A stretch of 64,000 nucleotides of DNA from PVC group bacterium (lineage in GTDB: Bacteria; Verrucomicrobiota; Kiritimatiellia; CAIKKV01; CAITUY01), in contig CAMDCX010000005.1 of NCBI GenBank assembly GCA_945890715.1, positions 2,478-66,477 of the forward strand, written 5' to 3'. Shown here in pieces: positions 24,599-33,454 of this stretch. The notes below the pieces were generated by a model. It ran no database searches and had not been told where the DNA came from. It worked only from the letters and a program-made list of their open reading frames with translations. The number at the start of each line of letters is the position of its first letter. Position 1 is the stretch's first letter. The position numbers were made by a program, and so were the translations under genes.

Positions 24599-26425
24599 AT
24601 GCATCTTCAAGACCAGACCAACCTCAGGACGATTCCCCATACCCGGAATTTTTGTATCATTGCCCACATTGATCATGGCAAATCCACGCTGGCCGACCGG
24701 TTGCTTCAGCTGACCGGCACCATCTCGGATCGCATGATGCGCGACCAGATTCTCGACAGCATGGATCTGGAGCAGGAGCGGGGCATTACCATCAAGAGCC
24801 ATCCGGTTACGATGACCTATAAGGCAAAGGATGGGATTGAATACGAGTTGAACCTGATCGACACGCCCGGGCATGTGGATTTCACCTATGAAGTGTCACG
24901 CAGCATGATGGCCTGCGAGGGCGCCATTCTGGTGGTTGATGCCGCGCAGGGCGTTGAAGCCCAGACGGTGGCGAATACCTACCTGGCCATCGAGAACAAT
25001 CTTGAGATCATGCCGGTGCTCAACAAGGTGGATCTGCCCGGTGCCGAACCGGATGTGGTGGAAAAACAAATCGAGGAAATTCTGTCCATACCGGCCCACG
25101 GAGCCAGCCGGATCAGCGCCAAGAGCGGTCTTGGCATCCGGGAGATGCTGGAAGCGGCGATCGAGCATCTTCCGCCTCCCAAGACCTGTGATGACGGGTA
25201 TCTGAGGGCGCTTGTGTTTGATTCAGTCTATGACGCCTTCCGCGGTGTGGTTACCTATGTCCGGGTGGTGGATGGGGAATTGAAGGCCGGGGATCGGACC
25301 CGGTTGCTGGCCAGCGGCATTGAAACCGAAGTGAAGGAAGTCGGTCGATTCCGTCCGAAGATGGAGCCGACGGCCACCCTCAAGGCGGGGCAGGTGGGCT
25401 ATATGATCGGCACGATCAAGAGCGCCTCGGATATCAAGATCGGCGATACCCTCACGATGCACAACCGGCCGGCACTCAAGGCGCTGCCCGGTATGAAGGA
25501 TATTCATCCCATGGTGTTCAGCGGGCTCTATCCGGTGAATACAGCGGACTACGAAAAACTCAAGCAGAGCATGGAGAAACTTCGGCTTAACGATAGTGCG
25601 TTCACCTACCAGTCGGAATCTTCGGTCGCCCTGGGATTTGGATTCCGTTGCGGGTTTCTTGGACTGCTGCATCTGGAAGTGGTGCAGGAGCGGTTGCGCC
25701 GCGAGTTCGACCTCGATGTCATCACAACCTATCCCTCTGTGATCTACCGGGTATTCCTGCGGGATGGATCGATGATTGAGGTGGACAATCCGATCCATCT
25801 TCCGGATCCCACGCGTGTGGACCACATGGAAGAGCCGATGATCAAGGCGTTTGTCATCTGTCACAACGAGAATATCGGGGATGTTCTCCGGATTGTGATG
25901 GACCGGCGGGGAGATGTTGAGAAAACGGAAACCCTGGATACCAAGCGTGTGATGATTTCAGCCACCATGCCGCTCAACGAAATCCTGATTGATTTTCATG
26001 ACTGCCTCAAGAGTGTGAGTAAGGGGTATGCCTCGATGGATTACGAGCACACCGGTTATGCGCCGAGTGATCTGGTCAAGATGGACATTCTGCTGAACGC
26101 GGAGGTTGTGGATGCCTTTTCCTGCATCATTCACCGGGAGAAGGCCGTGTATCGCGGACGGCAGATGTGCGCGGCGCTCAAAGAGGTTATTCCCGCTCAT
26201 CAATTCACGGTGCCGATCCAGGCGGCCATCGGGAAGAACATTGTGGCCCGCGAAACCATCAAGGCCATGCGCAAGGATGTGACGGCGAAGTGCTACGGCG
26301 GGGATATCAGCCGGAAACGGAAACTTCTGGATCGCCAGAAGGAGGGCAAGAAGCGGATGAAGGAGTTTGGATCCGTGAGTGTGCCCCAGGAAGCGTTTAT
26401 TTCAGTTTTGAAGAGCACCGGGTGA
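24599..26425 (+). CDS. lepA: Translation elongation factor 4
   Basis: 608 aa containing IRNFCIIAHIDHGKSTLADRLL, DTPGHVDF and NKVD, plus the C-terminal LepA tail ...KRKLLDRQKEGKKRMK.... Confidence 0.95.
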   Translation: MHLQDQTNLRTIPHTRNFCIIAHIDHGKSTLADRLLQLTGTISDRMMRDQILDSMDLEQERGITIKSHPVTMTYKAKDGIEYELNLIDTPGHVDFTYEVSRSMMACEGAILVVDAAQGVEAQTVANTYLAIENNLEIMPVLNKVDLPGAEPDVVEKQIEEILSIPAHGASRISAKSGLGIREMLEAAIEHLPPPKTCDDGYLRALVFDSVYDAFRGVVTYVRVVDGELKAGDRTRLLASGIETEVKEVGRFRPKMEPTATLKAGQVGYMIGTIKSASDIKIGDTLTMHNRPALKALPGMKDIHPMVFSGLYPVNTADYEKLKQSMEKLRLNDSAFTYQSESSVALGFGFRCGFLGLLHLEVVQERLRREFDLDVITTYPSVIYRVFLRDGSMIEVDNPIHLPDPTRVDHMEEPMIKAFVICHNENIGDVLRIVMDRRGDVEKTETLDTKRVMISATMPLNEILIDFHDCLKSVSKGYASMDYEHTGYAPSDLVKMDILLNAEVVDAFSCIIHREKAVYRGRQMCAALKEVIPAHQFTVPIQAAIGKNIVARETIKAMRKDVTAKCYGGDISRKRKLLDRQKEGKKRMKEFGSVSVPQEAFISVLKSTG

Positions 26426-26436
26426 TCCAGAAAGTG

Positions 26437-27537
26437 ATGCACACCATGGCAGGTTTTTTTAAAACTCGTAGGACGGTGAATTCGGGTCGAGAATGGCTGA
26501 AGCACGCCCGGCATTGTCGTCATTTGAAGGAAGACATCGCCTCCCCGGTGGCGCTACAGCAATTGGATGAAGCGGTGGCAGGCCTCAAGCAGGCGATTCA
26601 GGATCGGGAGATTGATCCCATTGAGAAGCAGGCCGGGCGGGTTCACGCGGCCATTCTCACGCTGATGCCGCCCAAAGCCTTTTCCGGTTTTCGTGAGAAC
26701 TTGGAGGTGATCGTCGTGGCCATCGCCGTGGCCATGGCGTTTCGCTGCTACTTTCTGCAGCCGTTCAAGATCCCCACCGGCTCCATGCAACCGACTCTGT
26801 ATGGAATTCATTATCATCCCCAGGCGGAAAAGGGTGTATTTGACCTGATGCCGCTACGGCTCGCCAAGTGGCTGGTGTTTGGTGAATGGTTTACGGAAAT
26901 CAAAGCCCAGGCCGCCGGTACGGTGCGGGGACCTTATGTCGGACGGAATGACGGCATGGCGTATTATGACATCGGCGGGCTGGCTCATGGGGTGCCGCCG
27001 AATCTGTCCTTGGCTGTCAAGCCCGGCGATGAGGTCGTTACCGGCCAGATCATTGCCTCCGGCAACAAGGTCAGCGGCGATCATCTTTTTGTGAACCGGG
27101 TGAAATGGAATTTCATCAAGCCGGTTCGGGGCGAGGTGATGGTGTTCCGGACGGATGGCATTCCGATTCCGAGGCTGACGGAGCGGACGCACTATATCAA
27201 GAGAATGTGCGGCATGCCGAATGATACGATTTCCATCAAGGCACCGGAATTGCTGGTGAATGGAACGCCGTTGATGCAGCCTGAGATGATCCGCCGGATT
27301 GAGAACCGGGCGCCGGGGTATGCCGGGTATTGTCTGGGCGAAGGGCCCGATGCGCTGTTTCTCAATTCTCCTGATGACTCCCTGACGCTGGAGCCGACCC
27401 AGTATCTTGCCCTCGGGGACAATACCCGCAACAGTCTTGACGGACGCTACTGGGGCCCGGTTCCTGAGAAAAATCTGGTCGGTCCGGCCATGGTGGTGTA
27501 CTGGCCCTTTTCGAACCGGTGGGGGTGGATCCGGTGA
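26437..27537 (+). CDS. lepB: Signal peptidase I
   Basis: The start was re-set to the ATG at 26437 (the ORF-track start 26167 overlaps lepA). Contains the catalytic box PTGSMQPTL, GDHLFVNRV, IKRMCGMPNDTI and GDNTRNSLDGRYWG. Confidence 0.85.
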   Translation: MHTMAGFFKTRRTVNSGREWLKHARHCRHLKEDIASPVALQQLDEAVAGLKQAIQDREIDPIEKQAGRVHAAILTLMPPKAFSGFRENLEVIVVAIAVAMAFRCYFLQPFKIPTGSMQPTLYGIHYHPQAEKGVFDLMPLRLAKWLVFGEWFTEIKAQAAGTVRGPYVGRNDGMAYYDIGGLAHGVPPNLSLAVKPGDEVVTGQIIASGNKVSGDHLFVNRVKWNFIKPVRGEVMVFRTDGIPIPRLTERTHYIKRMCGMPNDTISIKAPELLVNGTPLMQPEMIRRIENRAPGYAGYCLGEGPDALFLNSPDDSLTLEPTQYLALGDNTRNSLDGRYWGPVPEKNLVGPAMVVYWPFSNRWGWIR

Positions 27538-27557
27538 GTTGACGGAATGTTCAGATA

Positions 27558-29438
27558 ATGCCTGCTCCTGTGAAAATCCGATTGGTTCAGATGGAAGTCC
27601 TTCCCGGACGGCCGGTGGAGAATACTGAAAAAATTCTGAACCGGATCAGCGAGGCCAGGGCGGCGGGACGGACGCTGGTTGTTTTCCCTGAAATGGCCAT
27701 TCCGGGTTATCTGCTGGGCGATGAATGGGAACGCCCTGCTTTCCTTCGTGAGTGCGAGGCGTGCGGCGAAGACATTCGTGTCGCCTCAGCCGGGATCACG
27801 GTGATGTTCGGAAATGTGGGGGTAGACTGGCCGCGTCGCAATGAGGATGGCCGGGTGCGAAAGTATAACGCGCTGTTCATTGCGGAGAACGGCTGTTTTC
27901 TGGGGCCTGAAGGCGGGCCGTATCCCTTTGTCATCAAGACCCTGATGCCCAATTACCGGGAATTTGACGATAGCCGTCATTTCTTTGACACCCGGAAACT
28001 GGCTGCCGAACTGGGGCAGGATCCCCGGGATCTGATTGCCCCGGTTCAAACCGCCTGCGGACGGATTGGCGCGGTGTTATGCGAGGATGCCTGGGATCAG
28101 GATTACGCGGTATCGCCGCTAGAGATTTTGGGTGGAAAGAGTGTGGATTTTGTGGTCAATGCCAGTTGTTCCCCGTTCACCTTCAACAAGAACAATAAGC
28201 GAAACCGGGTGTTTTCCGAGGCGGCCAGACGCCTGCAGCGGCCGCTGGTATATGTCAATAATGTTGGCATTCAGAACAACGGAAAGACCGTGTTCACCTT
28301 TGATGGGGCCTCCTGCATCTATGACGGGCAGGGGAATCCCATGGCGACACTGGCCCCATTTGCCGAAGGCGTCATGGATCATGCCCTGAGTGAGGCATTG
28401 CAATTCGAGGTGGATCACGACCTCCGGGCCCGGTCACTGTCAGATGTCAGTTTATTTGACGCCATACTTTACGGTACTGCGACGTTCATGAAGGCCTGCG
28501 GCGTGGAGCGGGTGGTGGTGGGCGTATCCGGCGGGATCGATTCCGCCGTTGTGGCCGCACTCTATCGTCACATTCTGCCTGCCGACCGGCTGCTGCTTGT
28601 GAATATGCCAAGCCGGTTCAATTCCCCGACAACGATTAATCTGGCCCGCGAGTTGGCGAAGAATCTCGGGTGCGGGTATGTCGAAATTCCCATTGAGGAC
28701 AGCGTAAAATTGACCCGCGCCCAGGTGGACGGAGTGGACGTGCGATGGCCGGATGGAGTGAAGCGGCTAGCTCTGGCTGATTTCCAACTCGAGAATGTCC
28801 AAGCGCGTGATCGCTCCTCCCGCGTGCTCGCCGCCGTAGCGGCCTCATTTGGCGGGGTGTTCACCTGTAATGCGAACAAGTCCGAGATGACCGTCGGCTA
28901 CACTACGCTGTATGGGGATTTGGGCGGCTATCTGGCGAACCTTGCCGATCTTTGGAAAGGCGAGGTATATGAGTTGGGGCGTTACCTGAATGAGACGGTT
29001 TTTCGGCGGGACGTCATCCCGGAAGGCAGTTTTTCGGTGATGCCATCCGCAGAGCTCAGTGTCGCCCAAGCCGTGGACGAGGGGAAGGGCGATCCCCTGA
29101 ATTATTCCTATCACGACACGTTATTTCGATCCTGGGTAGAGGACTGGAACCGATCTACGCCTGAGGAGATTCTGGAGTGGTATGGCGAGGGAACCCTAGA
29201 GCAGCACCTTGACTATCCGGGCTGCGTGAAAGATCTTTTCCCGTCGCCGAAACACTTTATCGATGATTTGGAGCGCTGGTGGAATCACTATCAGGGACTG
29301 GGCATTGCCAAACGAATTCAGGCTCCGCCGGTTCTTGCCGTCAAGCGCCGCGCCTTTGGATTCGATCACCGGGAATCCCAGATGGGACCTCGGTATACAC
29401 GGCGCTACAAGGAACTAAAGAAACAGGTAATCGGCTGA
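27558..29438 (+). CDS. nadE: Glutamine-dependent NAD+ synthetase
   Basis: 626 aa. The N-terminal CN-hydrolase domain contains ...LVVFPEMAIPGY...GAVLCEDAW.... The C-terminal synthetase domain has the PP-loop GVSGGIDSAV. Confidence 0.85.
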   Translation: MPAPVKIRLVQMEVLPGRPVENTEKILNRISEARAAGRTLVVFPEMAIPGYLLGDEWERPAFLRECEACGEDIRVASAGITVMFGNVGVDWPRRNEDGRVRKYNALFIAENGCFLGPEGGPYPFVIKTLMPNYREFDDSRHFFDTRKLAAELGQDPRDLIAPVQTACGRIGAVLCEDAWDQDYAVSPLEILGGKSVDFVVNASCSPFTFNKNNKRNRVFSEAARRLQRPLVYVNNVGIQNNGKTVFTFDGASCIYDGQGNPMATLAPFAEGVMDHALSEALQFEVDHDLRARSLSDVSLFDAILYGTATFMKACGVERVVVGVSGGIDSAVVAALYRHILPADRLLLVNMPSRFNSPTTINLARELAKNLGCGYVEIPIEDSVKLTRAQVDGVDVRWPDGVKRLALADFQLENVQARDRSSRVLAAVAASFGGVFTCNANKSEMTVGYTTLYGDLGGYLANLADLWKGEVYELGRYLNETVFRRDVIPEGSFSVMPSAELSVAQAVDEGKGDPLNYSYHDTLFRSWVEDWNRSTPEEILEWYGEGTLEQHLDYPGCVKDLFPSPKHFIDDLERWWNHYQGLGIAKRIQAPPVLAVKRRAFGFDHRESQMGPRYTRRYKELKKQVIG

Positions 29439-29504
29439 CGTATTGGTGCGAGGAAAGCATTCGTTGGTCGAAGACCATCCGTAGCTCGAGCCGAAGGCGA
29501 AGGA

Positions 29505-29589
29505 TGGTGCACCCGGAGGGAGTTGAACCCCCACTCCTTGCGGAATAAGAACCTGAATCTTACGTGTCTGCCAATTCCACCACGGGTGC
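29505..29589 (-). tRNA. tRNA-Leu (anticodon CAG), CCA encoded
   Basis: Hand-folded sequence: GCACCCGTGGTGGAATTGGCAGACACGTAAGATTCAGGTTCTTATTCCGCAAGGAGTGGGGGTTCAACTCCCTCCGGGTGCACCA. It has a perfect 7-bp acceptor stem, an anticodon stem TAAGA/TCTTA with loop TTCAGGT, a long variable arm and a T-loop GGTTCAACTCC. Confidence 0.9.
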
Positions 29590-29605
29590 GCGAAAACGGG
29601 GGCAA

Positions 29606-29634
29606 TATTTATCAGCATGACACACGGGTGTCAA
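29606..29634 (-). promoter_or_regulatory. Candidate sigma70-type promoter of tRNA-Leu
   Basis: The minus strand reads TTGACA, a 17-nt spacer, then TAAATA, ending ~16 nt upstream of the tRNA 5' end. Confidence 0.4.
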
Positions 29635-29654
29635 TAGTTGCTTCACGATTTGTT

Positions 29655-31133
29655 TTATTTTGCCTCAATCAGGTCGGCCGAGATTCTGGCTGATTCATAG
29701 ATCGTGGGGAGTCCGGAGCCGGGATGCGTGCCGCCACCGACCAAGTACACTCGTCCAACTTCCTCAAATTGGTTGTGGGGCCGGAAGTACAGCATTTGAC
29801 TGAGCGTGTGGCCCAGATTGAAAGTGGCTCCGAGAAAAAGGTTGTAATCATCAACCCAATTCCGGGGTGTGATCACCTGCTCCTGAAGAATGTGCGAGGC
29901 CAGATCCTTCATGCCTGTTTTGGCCACGATGCGGGCGATAACCTTGTCTCGATAGGTCCGGGTCAATTCCGGTGTCCAGTGGATTCCGCTGCGGGTATTG
30001 GCCGTTGGCACGAGCACATAAAGGGCTGAATGTCCCTTGGGTGCCAGAGTGGGATCCGTAATGCTGGCGTTTCTGACATAGATGGACATGTCATCAGAAG
30101 GACCGACACCCTGGGCGATGTCTTCGATATTGGCCTTGTAGTTGTCTGCAAAGATCACATTGTGGTGCGCTTCGTCGTAAACTTTGTCTAGTCCCAGATA
30201 AAGCATGAAGGTGGAACAGGAGTATTTTTTGTTTCGCAAGTTTTTCGGGGTGTACTTGCGAATGATGCCGGGTTCGAAAAGGGTTTCCATGGCATGACCG
30301 AAATCGGCGTTGATGACCACGGCATCAGCTTCTACGCTGGAGCCGTCAGCCAGGAGAAGGCTCCGGGCCTCGCCGTTTTTCACTTGAATCTGTTTAACCT
30401 GCGTATTTAGTCGGATGGTAGCGCCATGTTCACGGGCGACCTTGGCCATGGCTTCGGAAATCATGCTGAGTCCGCCTATGACGTGGTCGATGCCGAAGGC
30501 ATGTTCAACGTAGGGGATGAGGCCGAAGGCGCCGGGGCATTGCCAGGGTGACATGCCCAGGTACTTGCTCTGGAACGTGAAGGAGATGCGCAGATCCTCT
30601 GTGGAAAAGTAGTCGCCGAGCACATCATAGAGGCTCCGGCCCAGCGAGAGGTGCGGTAGCGCCCGGAGCAGGGGGCGCGATAGCATGGAGATCGCGGAAG
30701 AGTAGTCCTTCTTCAGGCAGGGATACATCTTGTCATAGCGAACTTTCTCGACAGCGTGGAATCTCTCGAGTCCGGCGCCATTGCCCGGGAACAGTCTCTC
30801 GATCTGCTCCTTCATGAGCTCGCGATTTGTGGTGGGCCGCAGCACTTTGTCCTTGAACGAGAGCTGGTACATGGGGTCGAGTGGCCGGATATCGAGATAG
30901 TCCTCAGCCTTGCGACCGGCGGCTTGAAACACCTCACGCAGGATAAAGGTCATCATCAGGAACGTGGGGCCGATATCGAACGTGTAGGGTCCGAGCCGGA
31001 TGGCGGCGTTTCGTCCGCCGACGGCATCCTTTTGCTCGTAGACAGTGACCTGGTGGCCACGATTGGCCAGGATCATTGCAGCTGTCAATCCACCGGGGCC
31101 GGCACCGATAACGGCAATTCGCTTTGAACTCAT
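29655..31133 (-). CDS. Phytoene-desaturase-family FAD oxidoreductase (CrtI/CrtN/CrtD-like)
   Basis: 492 aa containing the dinucleotide fold RIAVIGAGPGGLTAA....YEQKDAVGGR and the C-terminal ...YLVGGGTHPGSGLP motif typical of CrtI-family enzymes. Confidence 0.75.
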   Translation of the reverse strand: MSSKRIAVIGAGPGGLTAAMILANRGHQVTVYEQKDAVGGRNAAIRLGPYTFDIGPTFLMMTFILREVFQAAGRKAEDYLDIRPLDPMYQLSFKDKVLRPTTNRELMKEQIERLFPGNGAGLERFHAVEKVRYDKMYPCLKKDYSSAISMLSRPLLRALPHLSLGRSLYDVLGDYFSTEDLRISFTFQSKYLGMSPWQCPGAFGLIPYVEHAFGIDHVIGGLSMISEAMAKVAREHGATIRLNTQVKQIQVKNGEARSLLLADGSSVEADAVVINADFGHAMETLFEPGIIRKYTPKNLRNKKYSCSTFMLYLGLDKVYDEAHHNVIFADNYKANIEDIAQGVGPSDDMSIYVRNASITDPTLAPKGHSALYVLVPTANTRSGIHWTPELTRTYRDKVIARIVAKTGMKDLASHILQEQVITPRNWVDDYNLFLGATFNLGHTLSQMLYFRPHNQFEEVGRVYLVGGGTHPGSGLPTIYESARISADLIEAK

Positions 31134-32431
31134 GTCGTGGTTCTCCCGTTTGTTGCTTTCCTGTATCTCAAAAACATACTACACTCTTAAAAATATTACA
31201 TCAGGAAGTTCCTATTATTAACTGGTACGGGTTCATCAAAGTCATCAGGTCCATCTACAGCCGGCAAGGGCCGGATCTGGATTTGATCCAACGGGAGGGA
31301 TTGCTGGCCGTGAAGATCGGCCAGACTTACGCCCTGCGGGTGGATTTTCTTCCGGAAGCGTCGTGTCTGACGCTAACCCGGCTGTATCGACATACCGATT
31401 CTATTCCGCCTGTCCGTTTCAAGGAAATGCTCAAGCAACGGGCTCCGGCTCTTCTTCTCGAGGAGTTGGAGTCGTGCGAGGATGCTCCCCTGGCGTCGGC
31501 TTCTGTGGGGCAGGTGCATCTCGGGCGGTTGCGAAACGGTGAGCGTGTGGTGGTGAAGATGGTCAAGACCGATTATCGGGAGCGCTTCATGGCTGATGTC
31601 CGGTCATTGAGACGATTCATTCGGTTGATCCTGTTGGTCTATCCCAAACTGGAGCGGGTGGCGGATCCTTTGGGCATTCTGGGAACCATCGAGCAGGGGA
31701 CTCTGGACGAGCTGGATTTGCGCCGTGAGGCCGCCGGTCAGCATGTGCTGATGGATCTGAAATCCCGGCATGCCGGGGAGTTCGATTTGAGCGGGATGCG
31801 ATTTCCGAAGATCCACGAGGCGCTTTCCAACGATGTTGTGATGGTCTCCGAATATGTTGAGGGGTGTACGGTGGATGAATTGCTGGAGCGGCGGGAGATC
31901 GGGTATGATGCTTTGCTGGAGCTTTTTCGTCTGCACGGCTTTTTCACATTCTGCGTGGGCACATTTCATGGCGACATTCATCCGGGCAATCTCATATACC
32001 GGGAAGGCGGCTTCACCTTTCTGGACACGGGGGTTATCGGGCATGTCGGAGAGAAGCTTCGAAAGGGCCTTCTGGCGTTCTTTCAGGCGCTGTCGGAGTT
32101 TGACTATCCTGCGTGTGCACGGGCGCTCAATGCCATGGCTGATCAGGGCATTGAGGGCGGGCGTTTTCGGGAGTTCGAGCTTCAGTTGACTGAATTATAC
32201 CGGGACTTCACCGGCAGCACGGTCGCGCAGGTCAGTCTGACCCGGAAGATGATGGAAACGATCCGGTTGGGGGTCAATCATGGCATGGTGTTTGAGAAGG
32301 GTATGTATCCCATCATCAAGAGCCTGATGTACATGGATGGCATGGTGCTGCGGTGCAATCCGCAAGCCGTGCTGATGAAAGATATGCGTCCGTTTCTGGC
32401 GGAGTTTCAGCGCGGCATGAGCGCTCAATAA
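31124..32431 (+). CDS. ABC1/UbiB-family atypical kinase (true start probably downstream of 31200)
   Basis: Contains ...AVKIGQTYALRVDFLP..., ...PLASASVGQVH...VVVKMVK... and ...HGDIHPGNL.... The ORF-track start overlaps the divergent crtI-like start, so the N-terminus is uncertain. Confidence 0.7.
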   Translation: MNSCRGSPVCCFPVSQKHTTLLKILHQEVPIINWYGFIKVIRSIYSRQGPDLDLIQREGLLAVKIGQTYALRVDFLPEASCLTLTRLYRHTDSIPPVRFKEMLKQRAPALLLEELESCEDAPLASASVGQVHLGRLRNGERVVVKMVKTDYRERFMADVRSLRRFIRLILLVYPKLERVADPLGILGTIEQGTLDELDLRREAAGQHVLMDLKSRHAGEFDLSGMRFPKIHEALSNDVVMVSEYVEGCTVDELLERREIGYDALLELFRLHGFFTFCVGTFHGDIHPGNLIYREGGFTFLDTGVIGHVGEKLRKGLLAFFQALSEFDYPACARALNAMADQGIEGGRFREFELQLTELYRDFTGSTVAQVSLTRKMMETIRLGVNHGMVFEKGMYPIIKSLMYMDGMVLRCNPQAVLMKDMRPFLAEFQRGMSAQ

Positions 32432-32925
32432 TTGAGGGTGATGGACAGGGTGAGTGCGGGAGGGGCAACCCTGAACAGGGCCGGCTTGAATGTAGGGGCG
32501 CTGAACTTGTTGCGCGGGTTATTGGAGGCACCGTACCCCTCAAGAGGTCGGCCCAACCAGTCGGTATCCATGCGGCCATTGCCGTTTTCGTCATGGAGCA
32601 CCCCGAGGGCGTAATCCCCGAATGGAGTGTTCACGAAATCCACCACGGCCTGGCCATTGGTCACACCCGAGGAGTGGGTTCGAAAAGCCAGTGCGGCATT
32701 GTCTGGAAATCCCTTTGAATCCCGAAAGAGCGTGACTCGGGCGATCCCTCGTTCGTTACGGAATCCGGATATGCGAACGGTGATCGTGGCGCCATGATTG
32801 TCTGGGCCTTGCGTCGAAGTATCCAGTGCGGCAATGGAGGCGGATCCGGCTGACAGCGTGGACAAGCCAAGGAGGATGAGGAGACCGCCATGGATCGCTA
32901 CCTTGGTCTGAATGCGCACTATCAT
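32425..32925 (-). CDS. DUF2141-domain secreted protein
   Basis: The start was re-set to the ATG at 32925 (MIVRIQTKVAIHGGLLILLGLS...). Contains ...ITVRISGFRNERGIARVTLF...HDENGNGRMDTDWLGRPLEGYGASNN..., matching the DUF2141 pattern. Confidence 0.65.
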   Translation of the reverse strand: MIVRIQTKVAIHGGLLILLGLSTLSAGSASIAALDTSTQGPDNHGATITVRISGFRNERGIARVTLFRDSKGFPDNAALAFRTHSSGVTNGQAVVDFVNTPFGDYALGVLHDENGNGRMDTDWLGRPLEGYGASNNPRNKFSAPTFKPALFRVAPPALTLSITLNY

Positions 32926-33049
32926 GTTGGCCAGTGTGCAAAAACGGGCTGGTGATGTCAAATCCGGCTCCGGCGAATACTCCCTTTCTCGGAAATAATT
33001 CAGGGAAGCCTTGAAAGAAGTGGAAGGTGAAGGTAAAGTCACCGGAATT

Positions 33050-33454
33050 ATGAAAAACGCTCCGGTATCCGTGTTAAAACCCAATCCTGGAATGGTTCTG
33101 CTTCAGGTCGTTATTCCGGCGGCTGTTGGGGCATTTTTCTATTTCAAGGGGAAGCCGGTTGCGGCCGGAATTCTTTGGAGTATTGGCGGCCTGCTGCTTG
33201 TGTCGGGTTTTCTGATTCCCTCCTTGTTTGCCAAGATTGAACAAGGGGGGCGCTGGTTTGGGAAAGGGGTCGGTACGGCCATCACATGGCTGCTTCTTGT
33301 TCCGATGTTTTACCTGGTCTTTGTGCCGGGACGTCTCATCCTGATGATTCAGGGAATTGACCCGATGTGCCGGAAGTTTCCGACGGATGCACCAACCTAT
33401 TGGGTACCCCGGAAACCGGTTGTTAATGTGGACGACTATAAGAGGCAATTCTGA
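33050..33454 (+). CDS. SxtJ-like small membrane protein
   Basis: 134 aa from the ATG at 33050, with 3 hydrophobic segments. Its stop overlaps the carbamoyltransferase start (TGATG). The family assignment rests on recollection of the conserved SxtJ/carbamoyltransferase/DUF5989 neighbourhood. Confidence 0.5.
   Translation: MKNAPVSVLKPNPGMVLLQVVIPAAVGAFFYFKGKPVAAGILWSIGGLLLVSGFLIPSLFAKIEQGGRWFGKGVGTAITWLLLVPMFYLVFVPGRLILMIQGIDPMCRKFPTDAPTYWVPRKPVVNVDDYKRQF

Noticed and set aside
26167-26436. The long N-terminal extension of lepB in the ORF track overlaps lepA by ~260 nt.
   Set aside because: The extension is in a different frame over the conserved LepA C-terminus. An ATG at 26437 lies 12 nt after the lepA stop and gives a normal signal peptidase N-terminus.
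29439-29504. A hairpin (CCATCC...GGATGG) between nadE and the tRNA-Leu 3' end might be a bidirectional terminator.
   Set aside because: The stem is only 6 bp with a 20-nt loop. One arm overlaps the tRNA 3' end, and there is no T-tract on either strand.
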